Shown here: positions 12,664 to 24,756 of the stretch, one piece after another
How positions within the stretch are numbered: the stretch's first letter is position 1
How the letters are laid out: every line of letters starts with the position of its first letter
Assembly (NCBI RefSeq): GCF_024521635.1
Contig: NW_026250432.1
Location: 434,001-481,516, forward strand
Length of the DNA: 47,516 nt
Direction of reading: 5' to 3'
DNA from: Tricharina praecox
Taxonomy: Eukaryota
The notes under the pieces: model-generated
The model's input: the letters and a program-made list of their open reading frames with translations, nothing else
Told to the model about the DNA's origin: nothing
Database searches by the model: none
Made by a program: the position numbers and the translations under genes

Positions 12664-14395
12664 GGGTGGTGGGTGCGGCCGTGCGGGGAACCATGAGCGG
12701 CGGCAGCGGTGCATGCTGCATTGGGAAAGCTTCGCGAAGGGCTGCTCTTCTCTTCTCTTCTCCGCTCCTGCAGCTCGTGCGAAGGCGGGGGAGATGTATG
12801 TATGTATGTAGAGATGTGGAGATGCGGAGATTCCATGACGGGCCGGGCAGGCGGGATCGATGGGTGGGCATTGGGGATGTGATGCACTGATGGAGCTGGA
12901 GATGGTAAGGTATGCTGGGTGCATGTGCGAGGCGGGGTAAGGTAGGAGTTCATTGGGTGTCACTCGCGTACCATCGAACTTTCGTGCTGGGATTGTGGCA
13001 AAGGTTGTTCTTGAGGCTGCATACGCGCGTAAGAGACCATTCAGGGCAGCTGCTCGTTTTCGAGAGGATGGGATGGTAATCGGGGCACGCACGAGTGGTG
13101 TGTAGTTGTGGCTGGAGTTTGACGCGCGTATCAGTCTTGCGATACGTCCGTAACGTTCGAGGCATGCGATGATCTTGCATGCGGGTGACGGGTTCCCTGT
13201 GAACCATGAATCGTGGTTCGTGATCTCAGTTCAGAGAAGCGACAACGTTGGTGCTTTCGAGCGGGGCTGACCGAGCGGAATCGATAACGTGGCTGAGTTT
13301 CCGATGCCGAGCATAACAAGTACCTGTACTCATGGCCACGCCTCAAGAAAATCTGACGATGTAGCTGCGAATCCAAGCAGAAGTAGAACACTTCGAATGC
13401 CGTACCTACATACTTGGTCGCATGGATGCAGTCGCTGTATTTATCCTCTCAATCTCGGGCTCGGCTGGCAATTCTCCTGAAGCTTGTATTCGCAGCCTTC
13501 CGCCACTCCGCTGAAGATCAAGGCGTGTCGCGGTACATATTGGGAGACCCTCGACGGGTACGGGCAACTGATGAGACTGATTTAATTGACTAAAAGCAAC
13601 AAGAAAGAAAAGCAGGCCTGTGTACTTCAAGTCTATGATCCTCAAGAAAGTATCTCTGCAGTGTTGATAATCATGTCTGATGTGTAGAGCAAGAGACCGA
13701 CCGACTAGACGAACATAAAAGCAGCAACAGAGAACATTTCAACGTTGAGGCGACCGCATCGGGTCTGCCCGCCATCACACCTTGGTCCCACAATATCCGC
13801 GGGAGCTGGGATCTAGCCTGAATAGCCGACCGCCTACGGCACCCCCATTGGCCCTCAGACTCCGCCTACTTTCCAGCGGCCGCCGTGTTGACGTTGTATC
13901 GCGGGTTAGGGGTGGGCGGCTTAAGAGTTGCCTGGGTGGAGTGACGTGATACGCTCGCTCCTCCGCTCATCTACATACATCGTCCTCCAGATTCCCAGAA
14001 TCGAGTTACCAAGTTTTATTTTTGGCCGATCGCTGCCATGGTCTGACAAGTCAATGGGTTCCAAATTCACATGCAGTTCCAAGCCGAATTCTAAGTTGCG
14101 GCTCTGCAACGCCCGCCGCGATGCGGTGACCACGACGTCACCTCTTTGTATGGCGCTTCCCTGGTAATGATCGCCGCACTCCCGCCAACGACGTCATCGC
14201 TCATCGCGAACAATTTCCCACAATTGAAGATTGACGAGCACTTTAAAGCCAACGAACTTCCCCCGTCTCAGTTGCTTCCTCATTATACACTCCTCCTCCC
14301 CTACAAATACACGCAAATCTCTTTCCGATACACAATCAATCTACAATCCCACACGTACCTTTCATCTTCACATACTCACGCAAATCACATACACA

Positions 14396-15838
14396 ATGTT
14401 CGCCCGCACTCTTCGCCAGAAATCAACCACCTTTGCTCCCTCTGCCACCCGCACCTCCGTCCTTAGAAACCAGACTGCCAAGCGATTCCAATCGACCGCG
14501 TCGTCCACGGTACTTACAACCCTTCCGCCGCGTGAAGAGAAAGAAAAAACATCATGATTGCTGACCTGTGGATCGTAGAAAGCGAGTGCACAGGATGCGG
14601 CCACAAGCCCTCTGCTGGCCGGTGCCGTCGGTGGCCTTGTCACACTCACCGGAGGTACGCATTCACCCCATCTTTTCCGGTCTTCGCATACAACCACTGA
14701 CACGAGCGCAATCACAGGATACGCCTGGTACCACCTCTCCGGCACCTCGAAAGTGGTAAACACAGCCAAGACCACCATCAACCAGCTCCAATCCGCAAAG
14801 ACCACCATCACCGAGAGCACCCCTAGCCGCTCCGAGATCGTGCACTTCCTTCGCTCCAACTTCTCCCCCTACCTCACCTTCATTCCCGGAGCTTCCGCTG
14901 CGTTCGACGAGCTCGACGAGATCGCTGAGACCCACGGTGACGAGCTGAACCGTGTTCTGAGCGATGCCTACAACGATCTCAAGGCCGTGCTCGAGAAGGG
15001 AGGATTGGACAAGGGCACGGCGATGAAGGTTGGAGATATCGCGCGTCGCTTGGCCGGAGAGCTTAAGGAGCTCGGAAAGGACGTCGGACAGAAAATCCTC
15101 GAAGACAACCCCAAGCTGAAGGAGCAGATCGGTGGTGGAATGGAGCAGCTCAAGGACTTGGGACGCACCTACGGCCCTGAGGCGCAGAAGGTCGTCGATG
15201 AGACCTACAAGGAGGTCGAGGAGATCATCAGCAAGGGTCTTTCCCCCGCTGGCATCTACAAGGCTACGCAGTTGGTTCAGGAGAAGACGCAGCAGGTTAA
15301 GGATCTCGGACGCAAGGCTGCCGAGAAGGCTTGGGAGAAGGGAAGCGACGAGGCCCAGCAGTACCTCGACAAGGCGCCGCAGCTCAAGAAGATTGTCGAG
15401 GAGAACTTGGACTCCATCAAGGCTGTTGCCCTCGGTGGTGGTCTCTCCGTGAGCCAGATTCCCAACATCTTCCAGAAGATCAAGGACGTGGCGACCTCGG
15501 GAGGCGACAACAAGGAGAGCATCGATCGTCTGAAGCGCTACATGGAGGATCTTGCGAAGCAGGGAAAGAGCAAGATGGGCGGAGACGGTAGCGACACTTG
15601 GCAGTCTTTGATCACCATGGTAAGCGCCCCGCGTTAAACCACCTTTCTACTTTTGAGGCTAAAACTTTTTACGCAGGTCTTCAAGGAGACTCCCGATGTT
15701 AGCGAGATCATGGATATGGTCAACAAGAAGGGCCCGGAGGCCGAGAAGCTTGCGAAAGAGACCATGGAGGAAATCTCGGAGGTCCTGCGAAAGAAGGTCG
15801 ATGAAGCCAAGAAGCTCGCAAAGGAGGAGAAGAAGTAA
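14396..15838 (+). CDS. Putative mitochondrial, single-TM, apolipoprotein/apolipophorin-like helical protein; exons 14396-14509, 14579-14654, 14718-15619, 15677-15838; 417 aa
   Basis: Three GT-AG introns give a continuous frame. Arg/Ser/Thr-rich presequence ending KRFQST, a hydrophobic segment LLAGAVGGLVTLTGGYAWYHLSG, then long K/E-rich amphipathic helices. Strong C/G-ending codon bias. Confidence 0.85.
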
Positions 15839-17799
15839 ATCGACCTTTCCCAGTACGCTTGGCCGTAATTTCCTTGTATGTACCATAGTTAGTTGTTGCG
15901 GGGGTGTGTGTGGTCTGTGGAGGCATCGTTCTGGCGTTGTGCGTTTATGGTGCTTGACTTGATTGATTGAATTGAATATCATGGCGTTTCTTCACGCTGC
16001 TTTCTTCGGCCCGTCGGCACGCTGTCTGTTTTTTTCTCTTCGGCCCGCCGGCACGCTACGCTCCCCTTCATTTCGCTTTTGTGAGCGAGCGAGAGGGAGA
16101 TGAACGGACCGGACTATTATAGTGGCGGATCCTCTCAAGTGACAATGACATCGTGGTGCAGTAGGACGCTCGCACCAGTGGGTTGTGCGTACATAGAGCC
16201 GGACCGAAGCTAATGTAAGTGCTCGGCCTGCCTGACGCTACATACAACAGTACTAGATACCGGTACAACGCCAGCCGATCGTTCCGGACCCGAGGTTCTC
16301 GCGGCAGCACGTCACTGACGAATTGCCTAGCTCCTACACGATAGTTATGTATCTCCACCGTTGTTCCGAGCTCGGGCTGGATGCGGGGCGCACGCGCGGA
16401 GTGAAGGAGGGGTCAGCGGAGCTAGAGTAGCTTGCCCGAGGCAGGCAGGTAGGCAAGCCGGCCGGGGTGGGGGGAGGGAGAAGGGGGGAGGAACGCCCGT
16501 GCACTGCGGCCCTGCGGTGGCGGGTAGATGGTCGGAATTACGGAAACGTAAAAAGACAGCTTGGAGATCACGCGCGCCGGAGCTGGTGTTCCTCGTCCCT
16601 CGTCTAGACCGGCGGGCTTGGTCTAGAGAACTGTAGTGCGCACTGCAGCCCAGCTGCCCAGCTACCAGCTATGCACATACCAATTGCGCGTGTGAGGAGT
16701 GAGGAGTTCATCTTAACGTCGTATGCACCCTCTAGCTAGAGCATGTAGAGTTCTACATACATAGATGGGGATCGCCCGATCATCGTGGCTACCTAGCAGA
16801 CATCCGTCTGTGTGTAAACGCCATGCTGCGATTTACTAGTACCTACATAAGCCGTGAGGATGGCTGTGATGATTGTGATGATTGTGGTAATTGTGTTCTG
16901 CAGGCTGCACCGGACCGGGACTGCGGCTCAGTTGATGCTTGAGCCTTGCACCAGCTAGAGGTTCTTGGAAGCTCTAGTTAGCAGTCACGGTCAGCATGAG
17001 CTCGGAAGCTCATCGGCGCCACGGTCATGCGGGATTCCGCGGGCATCGGAGATAGGGCCCCGGTGGCTGGCTGTGGCGCTAGGCAGGACGAACAGCTAGC
17101 CACTCAAACGCAATCTGCACGGGAGCCGGACTATCGGCGAGGAACAGTAGTTTGGACGTAGATAGCCGGCGAGAAACCGGAATACCTAGGTAAGTAGAGG
17201 AGGAACCCGGGGGGGCCGAGAATTTCGCCGACGCTCTTCCGACGTTGTGGCCAGGACGGAACGCCGAACCCGTTACTAGAGTAACGGCTCGAATGCACCG
17301 GATTTCGGCAGATAGCTTGGCCGGCTGGCCTGTTTCGGGCTTCTAAAACATTCCATGCTGACTAACTTCCGATTCCAAGTATTCCGACGCACAGTGAAGT
17401 TTAAACCACACGACCCGCTTCGTCCAGCACTATCTCCCAGTGTAGGAAGTTGTCCCAGCGGAAATATGAACACGACGGATGGAAGACAATGGAGCGACGA
17501 GCTCGACGTATCACTATGCCCGTATCAGTCGAGGTCGCCGCTGCTCGAATTAGCCAGGTTTGCAGATTCACTCGGAGTACCGAGTGATGTTTCATCAGCG
17601 GGTTCTATCATAAACCAACCGTTTCTCACACACGAGGGCGCAAAAGGCCCCCGATACGGCTGGTAGGCATCTTCCCTATCTATGTGGTGTTCTCGAATTG
17701 GCGATATCAAACTGCATCCTCGTCGCCGTCAGGTAGGCTTAGTAATGCGCAGTGATTGTCGATGACGAGAATGAATGGGAATTTGGAGCAACCATTACT

Positions 17800-18322
17800 T
17801 CTCGGTCTTTCTACCTCGCTATCTACCTAAACATCTCGCCTCACTGCACTCACTCAGCAATCTTCATTCTTATGATACAACCACGCTCGCCTAAAGCTCA
17901 ATGGAGCGTCGCGTCGATCTCTACCTCGTCACTACTACAACATCTTGCCCCATCGCACTCACTCTACAATCTCTCTTCTTATAATCATGCTCGCTATAGG
18001 CTCAATGGAGATTCACGCCGATCTCTACTTCGCTACCACAACATCTCGCCCATTGGTTGTCTACCACCACCATAAGAGGAGCGATATGGGATAATAGGGA
18101 ATCAGATAAGATAGATGGAGGGGCTAGTCGTAGTGGATCCGAATGGTGATGTCAGCCGGACTACCTAGCTAGATCGAGTGACACTTCGAAGTTGAATAGA
18201 ACCTCAACTCTTCCATCATCGATCCTTCACTTTCACCGTTACCTTTGCCGGGCTACGTCAACAATCTTCGTTCTTACAGTCACGCTCGCCTAAAGCTCAA
18301 TGGAGCGGCACATCGGTCTCTA
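17800..18322. repeat. Diverged repeat of about 105-110 bp: about 2.5 tandem copies (17800-18055) plus a detached partial copy (about 18255-18322)
   Basis: CACGCTCGCCTAAAGCTCAATGGAGCG occurs at about 17882 and 18281, with a variant CATGCTCGCTATAGGCTCAATGGAG at about 17986. TCTCTAC..ACATCT..CACTCACTC blocks also recur. Confidence 0.75.
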
Positions 18323-19744
18323 CAGAGGGACTTGAAGGGTCGAGCAGGACCCGGCACGCCCGGGGTGCGCCGGAGGGCTGCCGCCTGTCTGGTCAACGGT
18401 GTGACCCAAGTGAGACCAATTTCTGACAGTATGGGGCGGCTCACCAAGATTGTGTGACATGATTGAGACTTGGTTGGACACGACTGCATTTGAGGCTGGA
18501 CCTTGACAGACCTGTTGCGACCAACTGTTTTTGTAGTGATTGTTTCTGTTTGTTGACATCGTCGTCGAGCCGACCTGATGCTGTCGGCCAAACGTCTGTT
18601 TTCGCCGCTCACTCTTATTTAAGCGGGCTCGCCGTTCTCTTCTCTTCGGCTTTCTGTACCGCTACGTTACGTTTTCTTTGAAGTTTTCTAGTTCTGCTGC
18701 TGCTGCTGTTTTCTACAATTGATCAATTTCTCTTTTACATCAACCCCCCCATCCGTGAGCCTTCACTATTTTTGTTAGAGAGGCCGCCGCTTGTTAATTC
18801 TCTTTCCCGGACCCTTACTTTCTCGAGACTACTTCTTCTCTGATTTCTCGAAGTGTGCCACTTATTCTATCGGGTCTTTCGGCTCGTCCCTTTTTACCTT
18901 AATAATTGATCTATTCGTCTGACCGGTGACTCGCTCTACCCCACCCTCACTACAACCCTTCCACACAAGTTGGCTGTGGGCCCCCTCCGGCCCCGGTCCC
19001 CTTCACTATGTACCTTTATTCTCTTCTCCCGAATCGACGCCCGCCAATGTTCTTTCTCTACAAAATTACATCAGTACGTACCACTCATCCAGAACCGGGC
19101 CGCCGCTTTCGTCTGCGAGCACCAACCACTTCGACCGGAATGCGCTGCGTCAACTTCGACCGGAATGTTTACTGTCCACTTCGTCCGGAATGCACCGCGT
19201 CCTAGGGATGACCCAGAACAAATATTGGCTCCGCCCAACCGGGCGTTCCCCCATCCAAATACGAACCTCTTCGGTCGGAACACGCCCCATCCGGATGCGA
19301 TTACAATCCTCCGGTGAGGCAATTGTTCGGAACGAGAAACGAGTTCAACTTTACGACCTCCACGGCTACAACAAGTAGAATGAGCCTACCGACATGCCGA
19401 CACGCGATTGGGGCTTGCCAGATACTTCAGGTACATCACCTCGGGAGAGCTGTTTCCATTCTACTCCAATGTGAAGCAAGAGCTGACGTGTACTAGCTAG
19501 AGCTCGTCGCCATCATCATCTTCTTCTTATTGATAGCTAAATCAACCTTTCTCGTGTTGATATATTCGTCACCACAGACAGAGCGACATAGTTCGATGGG
19601 AGTCGGGGGCAGAGGCGCCTCTGTGTTGCGGTGAGCGGCGGTGTGGTGGGACCAAAGTGTGATGGCGGGCAGACCCGATGCGGTCGCTTCAACGTTGAAA
19701 TGTTCTCTGTTGCTGCTTTTATGTTCGTCTACCTAAAAGGTGCG

Positions 19745-19966
19745 GAGTCATTGGAGTGTTAATTCGGATGTTTAGCGGTTTCTTAGCAGAGTGGGAGGAG
19801 ACGAGCAGTGGAGCAGTTGAGTCATTGGAGTGTTAATTTGGATGTTGAGCGGTTTCTTAGCAGAGTGGGGGGAGACGAGCAGTGGAGCAGTTGAGTCATT
19901 GGAGTGTTAAATCGGATGTTTATATAGCGGTTTCTTAGCTCAGTGGGAGGAGACGAGCAGTGGAGC
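19745..19966. repeat. 74-bp tandem repeat, 3 near-identical copies
   Basis: GAGTCATTGGAGTGTTAA...GGAGACGAGCAGTGGAGC starts at 19745, 19819 and 19893. Confidence 0.95.
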
Positions 19967-20244
19967 GGCAGACTCTCTCGTGGTTCTTCTTCCTGTACCG
20001 AGACACTCACCAATCAATTGACCGCCTAACCATCGTCACTCCCACCGTCCCGTTCCATGTACAGGAAGCTCAGCGCATAGTATGGATCCATGAAGCGTTC
20101 AACGCTCCATTCACTCTCACCTGTACCCACCAAAGTTCTGCAAAGTTCCATTCACTCTTACGTTCGCTCATCCAGCACGAGTGTCTGCAACAGCCCATTC
20201 ACTCTCACATTAGTCAATACACCATTGAGACTCTTGTCCTTCAA

Positions 20245-20250
<6 letters not shown>

Positions 20251-20297
<47 letters not shown>
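20251..20297. repeat. (TC)n microsatellite
   Basis: Read directly from the sequence. Confidence 0.95.
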
Positions 20298-20298
<1 letters not shown>

Positions 20299-20808
20299 AT
20301 TTCTACATTTCTGCATTTCTGCATTTATACTGTGCAAGCTAGGTATCCCTATGTTCTCAATAAGCTTCGGGGGTGAGAAGTTGGGAAGTTGAGAAGTTGC
20401 CATTTGCCTAACTGTACACACTTATATAGGAATAATCAGATTACCAACCCTTCGAGTTCCAAGCCCGTTCCGTCAGCTCTGGATATGCCCACCCCCGCCC
20501 CGTCAAATGATGTGTGTGGTCTGGCAATTTCTATTCAGCCTCATTCCTTCGGCATTGGAGTATGCATCCCAGACCCTCGATTTCCGAGCCGCGTGCCTGT
20601 ACGAGTGATCACTCATGAAGTAGGTAGAGTGGAGTATAATCAAGGGGAGTAGAAAAATGATGGTGCTACAATGTTTTGGGCGAAATATGATAGCTATATG
20701 GTTCTATTATGTGACGTACCAGTGGCCAGATGCGGTACAGCAGTACAACGCGTAGCAAGCACGGGTGCATATTCTTCACGGACTACATATCTACTACGCC
20801 GACACGGC

Positions 20809-20920
20809 GTATCGTTACGGCTCAGAACCTATCGATACGGCTTATAACGTATTAATACGGCTCGTAACGTAATGATATGGCTCATAGCGTATCGATACGT
20901 CCATAATGCATCAATACGGC
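20809..20920. repeat. 20-bp degenerate tandem repeat, about 5.5 copies (consensus about GTATCGATACGGCTCATAAC)
   Basis: ATCGATACGG-like cores recur at 20-bp spacing; the core GTATCGATAC is palindromic. Confidence 0.8.
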
Positions 20921-22159
20921 TGGAGGAGACCAGCATCTGGAGCCTGGAGGAGAGAGCAGCAGTAGAACAGACGCTATCCGCGGCGGTTCCAGCATGGTAT
21001 TCGCTGCGCTGCCAGGGCATTGACCGTGACGAGCAGCAGCAGAGGGGATAGGTATCCATAATCCACGGCGAGCAGCAATACCAGAGGGCCACTTTTGCGT
21101 GCGGTTCGTTTGCCAACACCCCTCGAGGCCGTAGTATCCCCTCCATCAGCCATACTTCTCGAATAACTTTGTCAGCACCCCACCCGGCCGCTCCTCCGAA
21201 CGGCGAATACCGGGTGTCTGGTCCAGATAGATAGATACTCGGGGCGGTCTGGCGTGGTCCTCAGCGGCTCACATCCCAGCGTGGATAGCCCAAATCTGTG
21301 CTATTAGGCAAGTACGTGCGCACGCATTGAATCGTAGTCACTGGTAGTGGGATGGTACAAAGCAAGGGCAAGGCGGGAATTCTTATTTTTTCGAGTGCGA
21401 AGCTGTGATCCCAGTTGTGATTCCCAGTTGTGATTCCTAGCGGAGAGGGGTGCGATTACTACGGAATACATACCATGGTCATTTTCATACCGAAGAACTA
21501 CCAGATTTTGTTCAATACGCATACCTACTTTTAGAAAAGTCTAAACAACATGTATTTCCATAACAGGAAACGTACCGTCTTTCTCATATAACGTATAAAA
21601 AAGTAATACGTCATCGAAGGACAACGAGAGTTCTACAATATTTCAATGCACTTCGTATGATTCTTGATACCGTAGAATTTCAACTCTAGGGAAAAAAGAA
21701 CACCTAAATTAAATCTGTATTCTCTCAATCCTGCTTGATTTACATCCGTGCGGTGGTACATACTACTGGAGACCTTTAGCATCAATCGCCCCCAATTTTT
21801 GCTACAGTATCTGGAGCGTATAAATCGGCGTAAATCACATTCTCCGGAATCTCGCCCGCACAGCTGAAGAGTACATCCAGTGAACAAACAACATCATGGG
21901 TTTCTTCTTACACACTACCTCTTGGATCGCGGTCTGCACACTTTCTTCACGAAGCGCATCATTAAACCGAGCGATGAAATCCAATGGTACAAGCAAGGAA
22001 GCAAGCAAGTAAGAAGCGCGACAGGTATAAAAGTATCCGATAAGCAAGAGACGAGGAAACAGAAACAAAGAGAGAAAGACACGTACACAAGGGGAGGGGG
22101 AGGGGGAGGGGAGTGAAAAGCAACGCAAAAGAAAAGCCAAAGGAAAGACAGCCCAAAAA

Positions 22160-23676
22160 TTACTCCCGAATCAACCAATACGTCAGCCCCAGAAGCGCAC
22201 CGAGACAGATGGTAGTCAGGATGCCGGCGCCGGCCCTGTCGCCAGTGGTGGTGGGACCGGTCTGCTTAAGCTCGTCCGCACTCAAACTCGACGTTCCACT
22301 ACCCTTGGAGGCATCACCCTTACTCGTTCCCGTCTTCTCGGTGTTGGGGGTTTTCACCGACGGGATGAGCAGCGACTGGAACACCTCCATGGCGCTCATG
22401 TGTTCGCCGACACCACCCTTGGCGATACCGTACGGGCTGTCGTCGTACGTCTGCTTGATCCACGACAAACCGCAGGTGTTGCCGCCGTTGTCGGCACCGT
22501 TGCAGGACTTGGCCGCAGCTACGGCGGACGCGCGCAGTCGCGTCATGATGAAGTCACGGCTGAACGGGCAGTACTGGTAGGTCTGGGCGAAGAAGCGAGA
22601 GAGGTACGCCTTGAAGGAACGCTGATCGGTGTTGCACGTGGGAGTGCGAGTGTACGGTGGGGGAGACTCGCAGGCGGACTCGCGCATGATGTTGGGAGTG
22701 CCGTCGTTGCGGTTGAAGAAGGGCTCGTCGGTGGCGTTGAGCAACTTGCCCGTCTCCGTTTCCCAGGTACTGGCCATGTCGGTGTTGGCAACGATGGTGT
22801 TGTAGTAGTCGTACATGGCGGCGGCCCCGCTGAGGTAGATACCGGCGTTGTAGCTCCACTGGATCTTGGACGACACGACACACTCCGGGATATGGCTACC
22901 GTCGTACACCTTGTAATCCGAGCTCACGAGGCCGTTGCTCAAACTCCACGCCCAGACCTTCTCGGCCCAGTCAATGTACGTGGTGTTGCCCGTGTACCGA
23001 CCCAAGCGCGCACCCATGTTGAAGAGCAACCCGTTGCTGACCGAGTTCTTGTAGTCGTAACCCTTGTTGCTCGAAAACACCTGCCAGCGCAGTCCACCAT
23101 CGCACGCCGCTTCGTCCCACCGCCCAACCTGACGGTTGAAGACGGCCTGCGCCAGCGCCAACCATTGCGGCTGGTCTGAGGGAGGATCGGGGAATCCGCG
23201 CTCGGCAGCGGCGAGGGCAGCGATGGCCCAGAAGGCCTGATCGTCGTTACCCAGGGCCAGCGTCTGGTTTGGGGGTTGATAGTCCTCGTCGGGACCAACT
23301 TGGAACAGCAGCGCTTCCGACACGATGTCGTTGTAGGTGTCGTCACCCGTGAAGGCCCAGTAGTCGATCCAGCCACCCATGGCGGCACCGGCTTCCCACC
23401 AATAGTACCCTTGATCGTTCTTTCCGTCGGCGGTCTGGATGAGACCGAACTCGCCCGGAATGAACCATGACTCCGTGTTCGGGTAGAGGGCGCGAAGCTT
23501 TCCGGCCGCGATGCCAGCCGCGCTCTTGATAGATTCTGAGCGAGTTAGCAGTGACGCGGACATGAGGGAGGGGGAAATGGCGAGGGACGGTACATACCGT
23601 TGTCGTCGGGGTTGAGGTCGATTGCCCACGCGCAGCCCGCGAGAGTCAACAGCAGAGGTAGTAACGACAGTTTCAT
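22160..23676 (-). CDS. GH76 mannan endo-1,6-alpha-mannosidase, DCW1/DFG5 family, GPI-anchored; exons 23676-23598, 23535-22160; 484 aa
   Basis: Signal peptide MKLSLLPLLLTLAGCAWA; intron GTATGT..CTAAC..CAG; motifs YYWWEAGA, GNDDQAFW (catalytic DD), GGLRWQ, YKNSVSNG, WSYNAG, DQRSFK; C-terminal TTGDRAGAGILT plus hydrophobic tail. Confidence 0.95.
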
Positions 23677-24756
23677 TGTGGAGGAGGTGGTAGTCGAGGT
23701 TGACGGCGATAGTGCGCAGGCCTCGAGCGAAAGGGAGACGAAATAACGTTGGAAGTGGGCCAAGAAACGAGCGTCGAGGACGCGCGGCGGCGAAGACGGC
23801 GGAGCTCACTAGGAGACTCGGCAGCGGACGGCGGCGGAACCGAAAAGGGGGGCGGGCCGGATGTTGCGGAAGCGTCGATTTTTGGCGGCCGGGGGATGTT
23901 CAATATGTACCGTAGCGGTGAGGCGGGGAGAGACAGGGGAGGAGCGAGGGCGGGGAGCGGGGAGGGCGGGGGACGGGATAGAAGAAGAAAGGGAGAGGTT
24001 GATGGTGGATGCTGGGCGGTGACGGGGAGGGGGCGAGCGAGCGAGCGTGAGCGCTGACAGTTCCTTGGTTGTGTCGATGAAGCGCAACGGCAGCCATCCC
24101 TGTTCTAGTAGCGTGGCCGGAAGGGTGAGTTTCAAGATCGATTCATTTTGTCGGCAACCCGCGAAAGACGCCACAAGACTTCGTGGCTACCAGCACCGGA
24201 TACTCAAAAGAAATGTACTGGTATCTGATTCTACATGCGCTCACTGTCAAGAAGCGACTCTTAGTCTCGTCTTTTTTACTCGCTCGGAGAGTTAACAATT
24301 CATCTCCTTTTTGCTTGTTCTCGTTCCTGTGCTAAAAATAGCATAAATTCCTCGCCAAGGGTTTTCTGAGGCGCTGGCTGTTTCGGGCTTCGTTCGGAGT
24401 TGAGCCACAGCATCGTGGCTTGCTAGGTCTCGGTGCGCCACAAAATGAAAGCCACACATATGGGTCGGGGCAGAGAACCGGGGAATCCCGACGATTTGTC
24501 CTGAGCCAACAACCGGACATCGATCAGCAGCTTTTTGATCGCTTCTTCCTCATGAATTTAAGCTTAATTACGTAGCCTGCCAAGCTGCCATTGAAAGCCA
24601 AAAGTTGCACGGCGTTGTTCACATCGTAGGTAGATAAATAGAGTACCTATGCCTTCGTTGGAGACAACTCCTTGACTACACTCCATCCATACATACACCC
24701 AAACCACGTCCTATGATATCCCCACTCAAACCACGTCCTATGATATCCCCCGCCAC

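Noticed and set aside
12028..13092. ORFs with PACL/QAGR repeats
   Set aside because: Products of (TGCC)n and (GAA)n microsatellites.
22160..23809. 549-aa ORF as the GH76 protein
   Set aside because: Its N-terminal part reads through the intron and 5' UTR; the signal-peptide exon starts at 23676 in another frame.
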